From NCBI RefSeq assembly GCF_009914755.1, contig NC_060929.1: a DNA stretch of 64,000 nt; one strand, 5' to 3'. Numbering within the stretch: position 1 is the first letter of the stretch; each line of letters starts with the position of its first letter. This DNA is from the human T2T-CHM13v2.0 reference genome, Homo sapiens. The notes below the pieces were generated by a model, which saw only the letters and a list, made by a program, of their open reading frames with translations, did no database searches and was not told the origin of the DNA. Both the position numbers and the translations under genes were made by a program. This document shows, piece after piece, positions 43,041 through 58,089 of the stretch.

Positions 43041-46000
43041 TAGCTGGAAATCTTGCCTAAAGATGGGCATCATCTTTATGGTATCATTTATGGCTAAAGA
43101 TAGGTATCATCTTAAATAGCTGGAAATTTTGGCTAAAGATGTGTATCATCAAGTGTTTCAAAATCAGATATGGTTATTGTAAAAAGGGTTTTGTTTGAAA
43201 ACTCTTTCAGTATGCTTGACATTCAAAGAAGCACAGATTCAGTAAGGAATAGGGCTGCTGTTCTTTGTACCCTATAGAATATACTTTTTTCCTAATTTGT
43301 TGTTACAAAACATAAACCATCCTAAGAGACCCAATATTTATTGGAAACAGGTCCCAAGGGAGACGTTTTTAAACCATAGTGCACTGAGAACTAGGTGATC
43401 TGCAGAGGCCACTGCTGGGGATGGTATAGAAGTGGGGTTTAGATAGGTAAGGGTAGAAAGGAAATGGAGAAGGGTGGGAAGATGAGGTGAGGTGCTTAGG
43501 AGGAAAAGTGTGTGTGTAGAAGCTCTGGCTCAAGCCCTAAACCAACCTGAGTAGCACTGCTCTTATGTTTTGTGCATGCTCAATTTTTATATAAGATGTC
43601 ATCTAAGTTCTACTTAAATAAGTTTGGAAATCACCATTTGATGACAAAATTAATTAGCTTAAAGAAAACATTAACACAATCAAAATAAAATTTAACCTTA
43701 GTTACAGGGATTTAATGCAGTAGTAACTAACCTTTACTGTCAAAATGAAAAACTAAAAAATTGACAGTACTAATATCCTTAACTTTTCAAAAAAATTTCT
43801 TTCTGTAGAAGCACTATCACATGAAGACTTCTGGTAAGTACAAACCATCTATCCACCTTCTTTTGTTATTAAAATTAATAATATGCTTTTAAAAATGAGA
43901 TACAAATGCCAAGATGTAATTTCTCAGTGTTGTAGCCTGGGTTTCGGCTTGTCTGCATTCCTAACAGCATGTGGAGAACATTGTATAATTGGGACAAGAG
44001 TCTATGTTCAGTATGGGAACTTGGGGTGAGTATCTTTGAAAAGCCAGCAGTGACAAGCAGAAACTACTAAAAAATACAGTACTGGAAATATAGATTTATA
44101 AGGAGAGGTATATAATGTCATTTATATGGTTAAGTAGAAATGTAAAAGAAAACATTATGATCTTAGGAAGAAAGAACAGCATCAACAGGTAGATTTGGAA
44201 TATTGCCGATCCAGCTACCTCCCCAAACCTAAATGGCTGAGTGGGACATCTGCAGCTCTATGTGGCTGTCTATAAAATAGTTCTGCCTGAGAAGAGGCTA
44301 TATCATTAAATACAGCCTTGCAGAAGCCCAAGCAATATGGCAGCCTGCTCTGGGCTCACCTTTCAGTCCCTTAGTGAGCAGGTCGGAGCGGCACTGCTGC
44401 TAGGCTGCCAGTCCCTGGTCTGGTCTGACCTACAGCCCTTGGACTATTTAAATGCTTCTATGAAAATACCTATACAACCTGCTTGAGTGACTAAAAAATA
44501 TAGGCAGTAAGTGGAAAAAAATGAGTCAGCCAGTTGTTTAACTGACACTGACTTTAACTACGGGCCACAAACCTATAGTTTTTTTTAGAAGTGAATCAAT
44601 GATAAAAACACATGTTCATTTTTTATAATAATTATTTTCTCATAAAGCCAAACTGTCCAATTGTGAACTTTTTAAAAAAAGGTATGAGAGTCCTTATTCT
44701 CTCTTTATGCCACACACTTCATGAAACTGGAATTTCCATTTTTTAATAAGCAAAGTTTTTGTTGGGAAAAGAAAAAGGGAGATGCCTAATGTTAGCTTCC
44801 CTTCCTGAAACCATACTCTTTTCACTGAAAAGAGATGCTACAGGATTTTTAAAAATAATTCAGAAATACTGTAACATTTAAATATGGCATTGGAATAAAA
44901 TTCCTCAAAATTGTCCATTTATGCCAACTCATAAAAGCACAAACTTCATAATTTTAGAGACATAGTATTTTAAGTTTTTCAGTGGTCTTAATGAAATCCT
45001 TTAACACAATATTGCTTGTAGATAATAAACACAGAGTGAATAATTTAGAACAGGAGAGATAAAGTTAAAAAAAAACAATTACATGAGTTAGGGAAATGCT
45101 CATTTTCTTATTTAAAGGCAAATTGGTTAGGTAAGTGTTCATTTCAATGACAGGAAATACAATAAAATATTTTTAGTAAGTGCTTAATTAGTCAGAAATT
45201 GAAAAATCTATCAAGTGTCAAAGTTCACATTGTATTGCCTATGCAAATTAATAAGGCATATAAATGTCAAACAAATGGTTAAATCATGGTTAAGTATGCT
45301 CAAATACTGCCCAGCCACCTATCTACTCATTAAAATATATCTTCCAAAGATCTCCATAAATTAATAATGGTTGGCCTAGTTCTAGGAATTGTCTGTTCTT
45401 GGAAATTAAATTACATCATTTGTTTTTCTAATTCAAGGTTTAATTCAGATCAACCAAGTCCAGTAAGTCTGAACTCCTAAAGCTTTTGTTGAATGACTTA
45501 AACTTTGGATATAGAACTTGAATTCGTTATTTCTGTGTGTATGTGTGTGTTTAATTAGAGTTATGCCTTAATTGGCCATTATTTTTGAGGAAGAGGGAAA
45601 AGGACAAGCTGACAATGGATTATGGATTAACTGAAATAATTTATGTTGAGCTTTGGATCACAACTGAGAGCACACCCTCCTCAGGCATGAGGCCTGGTTT
45701 TTGCTTTCCTGTGGTCAGCTGAGGGCACACACTGGCTATGGTAGGGAGGATGTCATAGACCAACAAAGAGGAGAATGAGAACAGAGAAAATCAAAAGGCG
45801 ACAGCCTTGGCAATAAAACTAAAGGCCTCTGAGATCCCACATGACTTCTCTGTATTTGAGGTTACCATGGTGAGGGCAGATTATTAGAGCAGAAACTCTG
45901 CGAAAGGCATGTGGAAAGTCAAGAACTCGTCTCCTCTCAGTGAAAGCTCTAACCAGAGCAATGGTTAACACTGGAAACTTAACTAAAGGTCTCTTTTAAG

Positions 46001-47418
46001 CATAATCTTAAGAGTTGGTATTTTTTTCCATGAAGAGGAATCTGGGTGTCATGATACTCTGTGTGCCCTGGGACAGGTCCCGCATCCAAACACAAGCAGG
46101 AGGCGTGAAGGCCTTGTGAATGCACCAGGATGTCCGCAGGAACTGCAGCTTAGGCTGCAGCCAGCCCTTCAAATCCACGTAGGCCCAGACCAGCCAGGCC
46201 TACGACCACTCATTTGTGGTCTCTGGTCTACATGATCACAGAGGATCCCATCACACAACTCCCCACTGAGGAAGGGCAATGAAGTCAGTTCATATGCCAA
46301 AATTGACCTTTGTCTTTTAGAAAGATAAATGTAACTTGCCTGAATGCCTCAGATTCCATACTTTTAAAAAATATTTATTTACCCAGGCCTAAATTGCCCT
46401 AAAACATACTGACAGTTGAGGGTAAAGCAGTGTTTCTCAAAATGGATTAATGTAAAGATCTATTTTTAAAGAAAAACAGTATTTTTAGACCCTGAAACTA
46501 TGCTTAGATTTCCATAGTTTGAAACTAAAAAATAAAAATTTTAATCCATGAAAATGTTTTTTTAATTGCAAATTAAAGCACTGTAAGAGTTTTATATTTT
46601 AAACTGGTTTTAAATGTTTTTAGGTTATTAAGCGAATATACAAAATTTAAAGATTCTTGTCAAACTTGAAGACCCCTGTCACTAAATTTGGGGTAACAAA
46701 CTTGTATGAAAAACAATTATTTTAATGAAATGTTTATCTTATGAAAAACAATTATTTTAAATATAAGGAAATTTTAAAAATCAGTATATTAATATTTTTC
46801 CATTTGAAGCATTTTTCTCTTTGAATTTTTGACAAAAGGGGATGTATAAATGGTATATGTAAGTCAGAGTAAGTATGCTTATGAGCTCAATTACAGTAAG
46901 AACCCAACCTTGCAGAAAAAAAAAAAAGTCTTGGAGGACTGCTGTGTCCTCTCCCAAAGCATTCTGTTTCCTCCTCTTTACAGAGGGCATGCTGGGCTGA
47001 CAGATCACTGGCCCGAGAAGACCAATCTTTCCAGTGTCCTCCTAACAAGTAAACTTGTCTGCTGAAGCCAAGAAGACGGTCCCCACAAAAATAAAAATAA
47101 GATAGGACTGTCGTCTTCGGTAATGCAGGAAGCTTGGAAGACAGATCATGTACACATGATTTACTAGTGACAGCTAGGGTATTATTTCAGCCTTATGAAA
47201 GTTTGTAATTATAAGGATGGGTGCAATCTCTTTTGATATGTGACCTATTTTGGTTCAGGAGGCAGCTTGGAACAGGCCTTCAGGGGTCCATTGGTACACA
47301 GCCTGCTGGCGGGCCACACCATGAAAAGTCAGGAATCTAGGTCAGGGTCACCATGGGTTAATTTAATTTTCATCACTGCCTGAAGGGTTGTAACGAGTAT
47401 GGGGAAGGTAACAGTTAC

Positions 47419-47490
47419 CTGCTCAAAAGAATGGAGTCCACTTTCTTTTCCTAACCTCACCATATCTTCCAAAATGGCTTTCTTCAGATC
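47419..47490 (-). CDS. ACSL6: ACSL6 penultimate coding exon (DLKKAILEDMVRLGKESGLHSFEQ)
   Basis: Acceptor gattcag|GAT, donor CAG|GTAACT; 72 nt, phase 0-0. Confidence 0.95.
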
Positions 47491-48402
47491 CTGAATCAAA
47501 CCATATGAGAAAAATTACAAGACAAGAACACATTTCAAAATGGAGGTAGAGGAAACAACACTTTTGGGTAAAGTACAACTGATGATTGTGCCAACATGTG
47601 CTAACCCACAGCCCGCAACTGAGGCTGATACTCCCTGGCAACACTCCAATTACCACCTCTCATCTGGCAAGTAAGTACCTGAAATGGCCAAAGGAGTGAC
47701 CATGAATGGGCTAAGGGACCACTCAATTTTTTTTTAAAGCAGGCTTTTGGTCAGCCTGGTGAGTCTTGCTACCCCTAGATGAGCCCAGGGCCCAGGGTCC
47801 CGTAGGAGAGGGAGGGTCTATGGCTACTACTAAGAAATGGACCATGTGACTCAAGGGGCTACACTGAGTCACAGCATGGCGACCTCCTCCACAGAGTTCT
47901 AGATGTGCCATTAGAAGGTTTCAGGAAGGTGTGAGTAGCTAATGCTCTAAGCAGAAAGAATTGTGCTACTTTTTCTATTCCATGACTAGCTGTCTACACC
48001 CAGCAGACACAAAATCCACCTTACATCTGAAGGAGCATGGCAGGTGAGTCAGAAAGCCTATGCTCACATCTGACTCTGCTGCTAACCAGCTGTGTGACCT
48101 CGGGCAAGTTACCCCCCTCCCTGGACTCTCCTCTAAGCCACAAAGCAACAGGGCTGGATAAGCTTTCTGTGATGTCTCCTGGCTTAAAATCCAAACGTTT
48201 GTCAATCTTTCTAAGAAGAAATATGAGTTTCTTCAGTAACAAAAAGACAAATCTCTGGTTTAGAATCCCCACTATATATAAAGTAATGTTAGAAATTTCG
48301 TACGAGCTCGAATTTCACTGGTCTACAACTTTTCTGTCTTCTCATTATGTGGTACCATAAAACATTCAGTAACCTTTCAGGAGACAGCCCCAAGATACCA
48401 AC

Positions 48403-48504
48403 CTTATTTGTGCAGAGATCTGCATATGTTCCTTCAATTCCTCTCTTCTGGGCCCAGGAGGGCATAACTTCAGGGTCAGGCACAACAATGCCTACCAAAA
48501 AGGC
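48403..48504 (-). CDS. ACSL6: ACSL6 coding exon (AFLVGIVVPDPEVMPSWAQKRGIEGTYADLCTNK)
   Basis: Acceptor cactgcag|GCC, donor AAG|GTTGGT; 102 nt. Confidence 0.95.
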
Positions 48505-48904
48505 CTGCAGTGCTCACCAAAGGAGAACACAGTCATGACAAATGCATTTAAAGTGGTTATTTGTGGTCCAGCATTAAAATTCTCAGACTCCACCTTTTTC
48601 AAAAACTAAGTATATGTTTATAAAACATTTGTTGATGTCATGAAATCTTTCTGCCAATATATCATACCATTCATTTTCTGATATATTCCCCTAGTTTTAT
48701 ATGAAAAAATAAGGACATTAAGAATCAGTAAAGTTAGACTGATATGCACCTTTGATTCTCATGCCAATCTCAAATCAGCACATCTTCAGGAGGCTGAGCA
48801 AACAACTCTCTGATCCAAATTCTCTGAACCAAAATGTTTCCCAGGATTACCAAACCACGTTGAAATGGTTTCATTAATACGATCTTCATTCATGAAAGAC
48901 TTCA

Positions 48905-49232
<328 letters not shown>

Positions 49233-49293
49233 TGAAAATAATTTCATAATATTTATAGAAATGCAATGATAGTACAGAATATATTTGATATCA

Positions 49294-49602
<309 letters not shown>

Positions 49603-49748
49603 TCATGATCTTTCTGACTTTAAATCTAAATAGTATTGAAAGGAAAATAAGTATAAAACTCCTCCAAATAACTGAATCCTAGTAACCTATATTAGTATTA
49701 GTACCATTAGTACATTTTTTTGCAGTACTCATTAATTTGTAAAGTTCA

Positions 49749-50107
<359 letters not shown>

Positions 50108-50417
50108 TTTTTAAAATAAAAATAAAAACAGTAGAAACCCTGAATCTTGCTCTAGTATTTTATCTCAAAAATCCTTGGAAGTAAGTAGAGCATAAGTGAA
50201 AAGGAATGGGAATGTTCATTAGTACTACTTCAGACAATTTACTTGACCTAATTACATTTTAACAAACTATAAGTAAGATTTCTCCTTTAAAAAGGAGTTT
50301 TCTCTCATGTTTTAAAATGCGGAGGAGAATCCTGGTGCCTGATTGGAGGTTAATGTTTAATCTGGGTTTTTCAGCATGCCCAGGATATGTGGGAGGGCTG
50401 AAGCCTAGAGGCCTCAC

Positions 50418-50561
50418 CTTTAAGCTGTCCCCATGGACATAGATTTGCGCCACAGGTTGGCTCCGGATGTAGATGTTCTCAATCTTCTCGGGTGCAACAT
50501 ATTCTCCCTGAGCAAGTTTAAATATATGCTTTTTCCGATCAATAATTTTAAGAGTTCCTGC
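50418..50561 (-). CDS. ACSL6: ACSL6 coding exon ([48 protein letters not shown])
   Basis: Inside ORF 50259..50684; acceptor ctctacag|GCA, donor AAG|GTGAGG; 144 nt. Confidence 0.96.
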
Positions 50562-51769
50562 CTGTAGAGTTGGACAAACAGCTTTATAAGAACATGGCAC
50601 TCTCAAGCCTGAACCTTTGCTCCTCAGTGCCGTAACTCCCTGCCCTACCCCACCCTGCAGACCCCACCCCGATTTCTTTTCCATCTGTTGTGTCTGCTCT
50701 TAGGGAGCTGCAGGGCTCCTGGAGAGAACCACTGTACACCGCAGGTTGATGGCATCCAAGTTCTGCTGGGCCGTGAGCATCCACTGTCCTTTCCCCTCAG
50801 CAGTTAGCCCCCCACACAGTCCTCCCACCACTGCCACCCTCATGCCTAGCAGCAGGTATCCTCACCTCCTCCTTCTTGGAGGCCCACCGCCCTTCCATCA
50901 GGGCACCCCTCTTGCACACACCCTTGTTCCAGGTGCCCTTTTTCTCACCAGCATCTTTGGTTCACTCCCTTAGACCACACTCAAGTCTCTTGCCCAGCTA
51001 CTGTCTCCACCCCTAAAGAGCAGCCTCTGCATCCCCTGGCATATAGCACAGACCTGACAGAGCCCCTGTGACTCCTACCTGACATGCCAGATGGCACTAG
51101 GAGCCCAGGCCCCTGTAGGACTTCTGCAGCAGGCAGATCACCTCCTTGGACAGGGAGTGCTGATGCCACTGGCCTCCAGGACCCGTCCTCACCTCCCTGA
51201 CTCTCCTTGACCTTTCTGAGCTTCCAAGGTGATTACGTGGGCCTCTTTCCCCTCACCGCCACTGACAATGCACCTTGGAGTAACCACCGTTTTCTCTTCA
51301 TTGGTCACTCCCAAGTCAGTTCAAGCTTCCAGCTCTTCACTGAGCTCCAGATCCAGAACCCAAATACCCTTGGAATGCTTCAAAAACTAGGCTATTTGTC
51401 TCAGAGGATGTAACATGCTCCTATATGAAACTCACGACCAAGCTTCTCAAGCCTGCCCCAGCCTCCAAACCCCAAACCTGGAGATGACCTTGTTGTTTGC
51501 CTCTCCTGGGATCTCCAGTGGTCAGGCTCACCTGTCCTTGCTCACAAATCCATCTCATATCCACCACCTCCTCCCAGCAAAACCACTTTCTGACTGGACT
51601 TCTGCACACACTCTGTCTCCACTCCATCTGCTTGATCTGCCAGTGCCAGAGCAATCTCTCCAAAAGAGAAAAATGAGCAGACTCTGTTTTGCTCAAAACC
51701 CAGGCTAGACATCAGGCACTTTCCCTACCCCAGCTTATTTGGTCCTCATGGTCCATTAGCTGGGTGTTG

Positions 51770-51900
51770 TCACCTCTGTTTCACAGATGAGGAAAATGAG
51801 GATCAGAAAGCTTAGTTAACTCCTCCAAAGCCACACAGCTAGAAGTTGGGGAACCAGGATTTGAATCCCGATCCTTCTGGACCAGAAGACTATGCTTATT
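51770..51900 (-). mobile_element. MIR
   Basis: acagatgaggaaaatgagg...ccacacagctagaagt...ccaggatttgaatcc. Confidence 0.75.
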
Positions 51901-53320
51901 CCTTGATCTATTTAACATGATTTCAAAATAACGTTTTTAAAAGCACAAATGTCTTTATAGATGATTTCTACCTAAATTTCAAGAATGAATCATTCAAAGC
52001 TTGAACATACTCTTCCAAAAAAATGGGGAAAAAACCCACTTACCAACTCATTCAATAAGCTGACAACAAAACCATAATAGGGTTGTATATAAAAGGAAAA
52101 TTACAGATCAATCTCATTTGTGAATATAAATGGAAAGGTCAAACACAATTTTTAGGAAAAATATTATTTAAAAAGTCACATCATGATTAAGTTGAATTAT
52201 GTCAAGAATGCATGATTTGCTTTACATGAGAAATATAGAATAATAAGTATCTCAATAGCTGCAATAAATTTTAATTAAATTTCAAAAATCATTTAAAAAT
52301 AATAATTTAAAAAATGGACTCTCACAGACTACCTGCCTGCAACTTTAGGCCCTGTGCTCAAGCACAACACTAAGTGCTTTACATGAATTCATTTATTTGC
52401 TTCATATTACCCCCTAAATGGTGAATGGTTTCATTCAAGTTACAGGGCATCAGCAGCAGATCCAGGGATTTGTGAGACTTCAAGCTTTTACAATATTGAG
52501 GGCCCTTTCTAAGAAAAACCAGGTAAAATGAAGTGCAGGGCCTTGGAAGGGGCTGATGCAAGTGAGGGGGCTTGAAGCCTAAGCTCCCTGAGCCAACAGG
52601 ACAATCCACCTTCTGCAGATGTTCAGGACCTGCTGACCTCTCTAGCCTCTCTCTCCCACACCTATGGGTCTTCAGTTGGAATTAGTTGCTTCCCATGTCT
52701 AGTGCCTCTACTCAGCATATATTACTATCACGCCCTGATTGTCCTTCCCAATCCCACCTTTGGAACATGACTCATATCCTAAGGCTTGGATGCAGTAGGT
52801 GCCTGTCCTCCTCTGCCTCTCCCGAGGTGAGTGTGCCCCCAGTGTGCCCCCAGCTCATGCCCATCACATTGGGTTGGGAACTGTCTAATCATGCATATCT
52901 CCCCTAAGCAGAGTCCCTGGGCCAGGGCACTCACTGGAGATACATCTTTGTCTGGGGCAGGCATGAGGGTTTCTCAAAGGGAAGTACACAGGCCCAAGCA
53001 GGGGCAGATCCATTTACCAGCCCACTCAGCCTGCCTTGGGCTCAACATCATTCACGTGCCTCATTAACTCAACACCTCAAAATGTCCACCCAAACCTTAG
53101 CACTTCCCAAAGACACAGGAGAGTTTCCTGGGGTGGGCTGCTCCAGGCAAGAGTGCTCAGTGTCAGTGACAGCCGTTTTCTGGTCAAAGCATTCATCTAA
53201 GCATCTCCTATGTGCCCGGTACTGTGCTAAGTGCTTTGTAGGCATAATCTCATTTGTTCCTCACAAAAATAACTTTATTTTTCTTTCTTTTATTAAAACA
53301 TTTTTAAAAGATAAAATCCA

Positions 53321-53657
<337 letters not shown>

Positions 53658-54298
53658 TCAGAGGTAAGCAACACTGTGATCCCTATTTTAAAAATGAGAG
53701 AATGAGGCAAAGTGGTTTTGGCTAAAAGCTGGGGGCCATGGGCAAGGAATGCTATGAAGGCTTGTTCTCCTGTTCTATAAGTGAGTCAAGGTGAAGCCAC
53801 AGACGGGGATGAGGCTCTGCTCAAGGTTACATGAGCAACTGCTGGCAAAGCCACAGGAACTAAGGCATTCTCCCTCCTGTCTCCAAGCTTTCCCCTTCAC
53901 TCAGTGCCACCTTTTGGCTGCGGGCCAGCATTGGAGGGCTTGCAGGCCTTGCCCTTCTCAGACGTCCTAGAGACATGTACCCCCTGTTCCTCCTACTTCA
54001 CATCAGATTCCACACACTGTCAGATGTCTTTCTGGAAACCATTAAGGATAGGAATTCAGTCTCCAAGACCTCAGCCACACCCACCTGCACAGGTCCCTCA
54101 TCACCTTCATGAGACGGAGTGAGAAGAGGAAGATGCTCTGGGGCTCAGGGAAGGAAGAGCCTCCCCCCAGGCCCCAGAGGTGCTCCTGAATGACTCATTG
54201 TCAGGGGGGATTTGGAGAAGACTCCTGCCTCAGTGACCCGGACCACACACCCTCCCACTGCCAAATGTTTGGAGCTCCGTGGTTCCAAACATACACAC

Positions 54299-54415
54299 CG
54301 GCAGCCATTTTCCGATGTCTCCAGTGTGAAGCCAGCCATCGCTGTCCAGGGCCTCCTTCGTCCTGTCTGGATCTTTCAAGTAGCCTTTGAACACATTTGG
54401 TCCTCTCACACATAT
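54299..54415 (-). CDS. ACSL6: ACSL6 coding exon ([39 protein letters not shown]), FACS signature [10 protein letters not shown]
   Basis: Acceptor cccatag|ATA, donor CCG|GTGTGT; 117 nt. Confidence 0.96.
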
Positions 54416-54945
54416 CTATGGGACAAAAACCATGGCTTCTCTCAGCCACATCATGAGGAATCAGGAGATGGGAAGCTGTCACCAGGCATACGGAGATAAG
54501 GTGCACTACCCATCAGGAAAGCCACTGTGGATATGGCAGGGATGGAAACAGAGGACAAGGAACAGCCAGCAGCCATCTGAACTGTCTCCTGCCTTCTGTC
54601 AAGCAACATCCTCCCCATCTTTCCCCCCTGCCCTGGCCACCCTAGGCCTTTGTCATCTCTTCTCCCTCAGGAGCCCTCTGGCCTTGGCCACATGCTGCTC
54701 TGTGACACTTGATGGGGACTCATCACAGATATTGATGGCTGGCTGATTCTACCAGGGATGCTTCAGCCCCCTGCTCCATTAGCAGGCAATCATTCCCACT
54801 TACTCCCATGGAATGAACAAGTACAGGCCAGCTCTATCTACTCCATCTGGCCTATTTGTAAAGGATCATGTTTCTGCTGGGACAGATCACACAGCAGCAG
54901 GCCATGACACAGTTAGGGGAAAAAATGAATTTTTACAAAATTTGG

Positions 54946-55250
54946 GGCTGGGCATGATGGCTAGCACCTGTAATCCCAGTGCTTTGGGAAGCCGAGGCAG
55001 GAAGGATTGCTTGAGGCCAGGAGTTTAAGATCAGCCTGGGCAACACAGCAAGACCCAATCTCTAAAAAAAAAATAAAAAGTTATCTTGGCAAGGTGACAC
55101 ATGCCTGTGGTCCTAGCTACTTGAGAGGCTGAAGCAGGAGAATTGCTTGAGCCCAGGAGTTCGAGGCTATGGTCTCGAGTTCAGTGGACTATAATCACGC
55201 CACTGCACTCCAGCCTGGGTGGCAGAGCAAGGCCTTGACTCTATTAAAAA
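54946..55250 (+). mobile_element. AluJ
   Basis: Alu dimer directly followed by an AluY. Confidence 0.85.
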
Positions 55251-55264
55251 TTTAATTAATTAAG

Positions 55265-55591
<327 letters not shown>

Positions 55592-55828
55592 TTAATTTAA
55601 AAATCTGGGAATTCCAAATCTTTATTTAAACCAGCTCAGTCCCAGCACTAGCTCTTGGTTGCCTCATAAACAGGAGAGGAGATGCTGAGTTGAGCTGAGT
55701 CAAATTAATCAGTAGTTTAAAATGACTTTATACACAAGGCAAAAGGAAAATCATTCCATCCCTACTGTTCTTGTTTTTACTCACTACATGTAGCAGCCAC
55801 AGGCATGAATGGCTAAATCCTTGTTTAC

Positions 55829-55917
55829 CTCTCCCTCTCCTTTGCAGGCCCAGTAGTTCAGTTCCTCAACATCAACGAGCTTGATATGATTGCAGGGAAG
55901 TGGCGCCCCTACGTGCC
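55829..55917 (-). CDS. ACSL6: ACSL6 coding exon (GHVGAPLPCNHIKLVDVEELNYWACKGEGE)
   Basis: Acceptor gttccag|GG, donor GAG|GTAAAC; 89 nt, phase 1 to 0. Confidence 0.95.
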
Positions 55918-56369
55918 CTGGAACACCGGAGCAAGATGGCATTTGTTAGTGTTCAGATCTGTTTTAGCACTGAAGATGTTCCAAGCCCCTTAAAATCTCT
56001 GAGTGGCCAAAGTGGGGAATTATGGATGGAAAGTAACACATCTTTAAAGGGGCATTTGTTACTGCAAGTGTTGGTAATAAAACAAAGTGCTGGAGAAAGC
56101 AAAGGCCAATCTCTGCCTGGGCATTTGTTTTACATCCGATTCTTAATAAGCAGGACAGGCACACCTGGCCCAGCACCAACGTGCACAGGGTCCTGGGTAG
56201 GGTAGGATGGGGGGCATCAAACACAGGGTCAAGATTTTTGAAAATGGTGGCCACATTAAATCATTTTCCCCATTGTCAGATCACACGTCTTGGTTTGGGG
56301 ATCATAAAATATAGCAATCATTGCTTTTCCTCTAGCCACCAGACTGTTGATTACTATGCTGGAAATCTA

Positions 56370-56485
56370 GAAATCATAAGCTGTGGATTCTGATTCACTG
56401 GGTTTGGAATGGGGCCTGAGATTCGACATTTCTTACAGGCACCAAGGCGATGCTGCTGCTGGTCCCACACCACATGTTGAATAAC
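56370..56485. mobile_element. MER5A-like hAT-Charlie fragment
   Basis: gattctgattcactgggtttggaatggggcctgaga...gatgctgctgctggtcc. Confidence 0.75.
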
Positions 56486-58016
56486 AAAGGAATGGAAAGC
56501 TGGGATGAAGAAACTTGCCCCATGAAAATAAGACTCCAAATTCTCTTGGTCAAATTTACCACAAAATTACATCTAAGTCATTTTTCTAGTGATTGTGGTT
56601 GTTAGATAATTCACTGGCAAGTTGGAGGAGTTTTAAGCAGATGCTAGCCAAGGTCCTGAAAGAAAATTGAGCCGCGTATATGAAAAATGAGGCTTACCAC
56701 CTTGGTTTCTCTTTTAAAAGAGAGGCTGTCAAATTTTTGGCAATACTATTCAAAGATATCAATCCTTATACACAAAAGCCTTTTCAAGTTTTATGCTAAG
56801 AGTGAACTGAAAAAGGGAAAAACCTCAGCAGTGTTTACATAGGAAAATGTAAAGGATGACTTGAGAGGGAAGAGATACATGTCCAAAAGGAAGGGATACA
56901 TGAGGGTAGATACTGGAAGAATCTGCTCTACATCTGATGGGTAATCCATGGGCTGCCTACTACAGACCTGTTTCCCCTTTTGCTGAAAACCACTCAGCAA
57001 AAGAATCCTTCAGGATACTGACTTCCTTTCCAAGCCTGGGGCCACTCTTTGTACTTAAGTTTGCTCAGCTACAAACTGGAAAATTTTAGGATGATGTGCA
57101 TGTGAAAGAAATATGCTGTTTAATGCAATATTATTTTCAGAGTACCTTGAGATAGTCAGCAGAAACAGGATAGGTGGATTTTAAACTGAAATCATATTTG
57201 GCCAAGCTAAGTATAGAAGCATTTTTTCCTTAGTCCTGTCTTTTAAAATTATAGTTGAATAAAACCTATTTTGTAAATAAGTTATTTAATCAATTTGCTG
57301 CTGGCAGATCTCCCACAGGAACCACCTTTGGAGATTATTGTGTTTTTTTTTTGTCACAGGTTTTAGTATTTTCCTATTTCTTTTATAGCTAAATAGAAGT
57401 TATGCACAAAAGAAGTAATAGATCACAAGATACAACTCCAGATGGAAAAATGTTTATAATATCAGTATATTGGATTTTTATAGATTCTAGATACTACATG
57501 GCCTTGCTTATAGTATTTTAGAATGAAGGAAGCAGGCTATGAATTGGACCTGACGTGTAAAGGAGAGGCAGGTTCATAGGGGCCAGGGTACTGTTTCTTA
57601 AAGGGCCATTTTAGAGGCCCTTTGAGAACTACGTTCTCCTGTGATATCAATGTCTCAAAGGCAGCGGCAACCTCAAAAAGGAACAGCTCTCATCCACACC
57701 CTCATTCTGAGGAGATTCATCCTTCAGGGCCAAGGGAAAGCAGGGCTGTAGTGGGTAGCCCATGGATTACTCACCAAATTTAGACCAGATTCTTCCAGTG
57801 TGTTAAGGATGAATAAAAAAGGGAAAAACCTCAACAGTGTTTACAGATTCACAATGCCACAACCCAGACATAACCACCATTAATGTTTTTTTCTGTCTCT
57901 TTTGCTTTATTCCTAAGTACCCATGCAAATTTACTTTCCATGAGGGAGTTTTAGAGCTGGCTGCTTTTACTCCACAGTGCCTCGCGAGCCAGTCCTATAT
58001 CTCTAGCCCATCCTAC

Positions 58017-58089
58017 CTGAGGTCCAGTCGCCAGGAGTGGTGAAGGTACATCCAGCTGTGCACTCAGTTTGGCCATAACCTTCATAAAC
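58017..58089 (-). CDS. ACSL6: ACSL6 coding exon (VYEGYGQTECTAGCTFTTPGDWTS G), adenylate-forming YGxTE motif
   Basis: Acceptor tttgaag|GTT, donor CAG|GTAGGA; 73 nt, phase 0 to 1. Confidence 0.95.

Noticed and set aside
46705-46760. 21-bp direct repeat tatgaaaaacaattattttaa twice with a 14-bp spacer
   Set aside because: Two copies in AT-rich DNA; an ordinary slippage duplication, not a CRISPR-like array
47665-47690. Plus-strand donor-like CAA|GTAAGT overlapping a minus-strand CAG|GT
   Set aside because: No partner splice sites or other support for an antisense exon or recursive site; such motifs are common
48292-48316. Near-palindromic gaaatttcgtacgagctcgaatttc resembling a pUC polylinker (SacI/EcoRI-like)
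   Set aside because: Only ~12 bp match with no flanking vector sequence; compatible with chance or a small fold-back event
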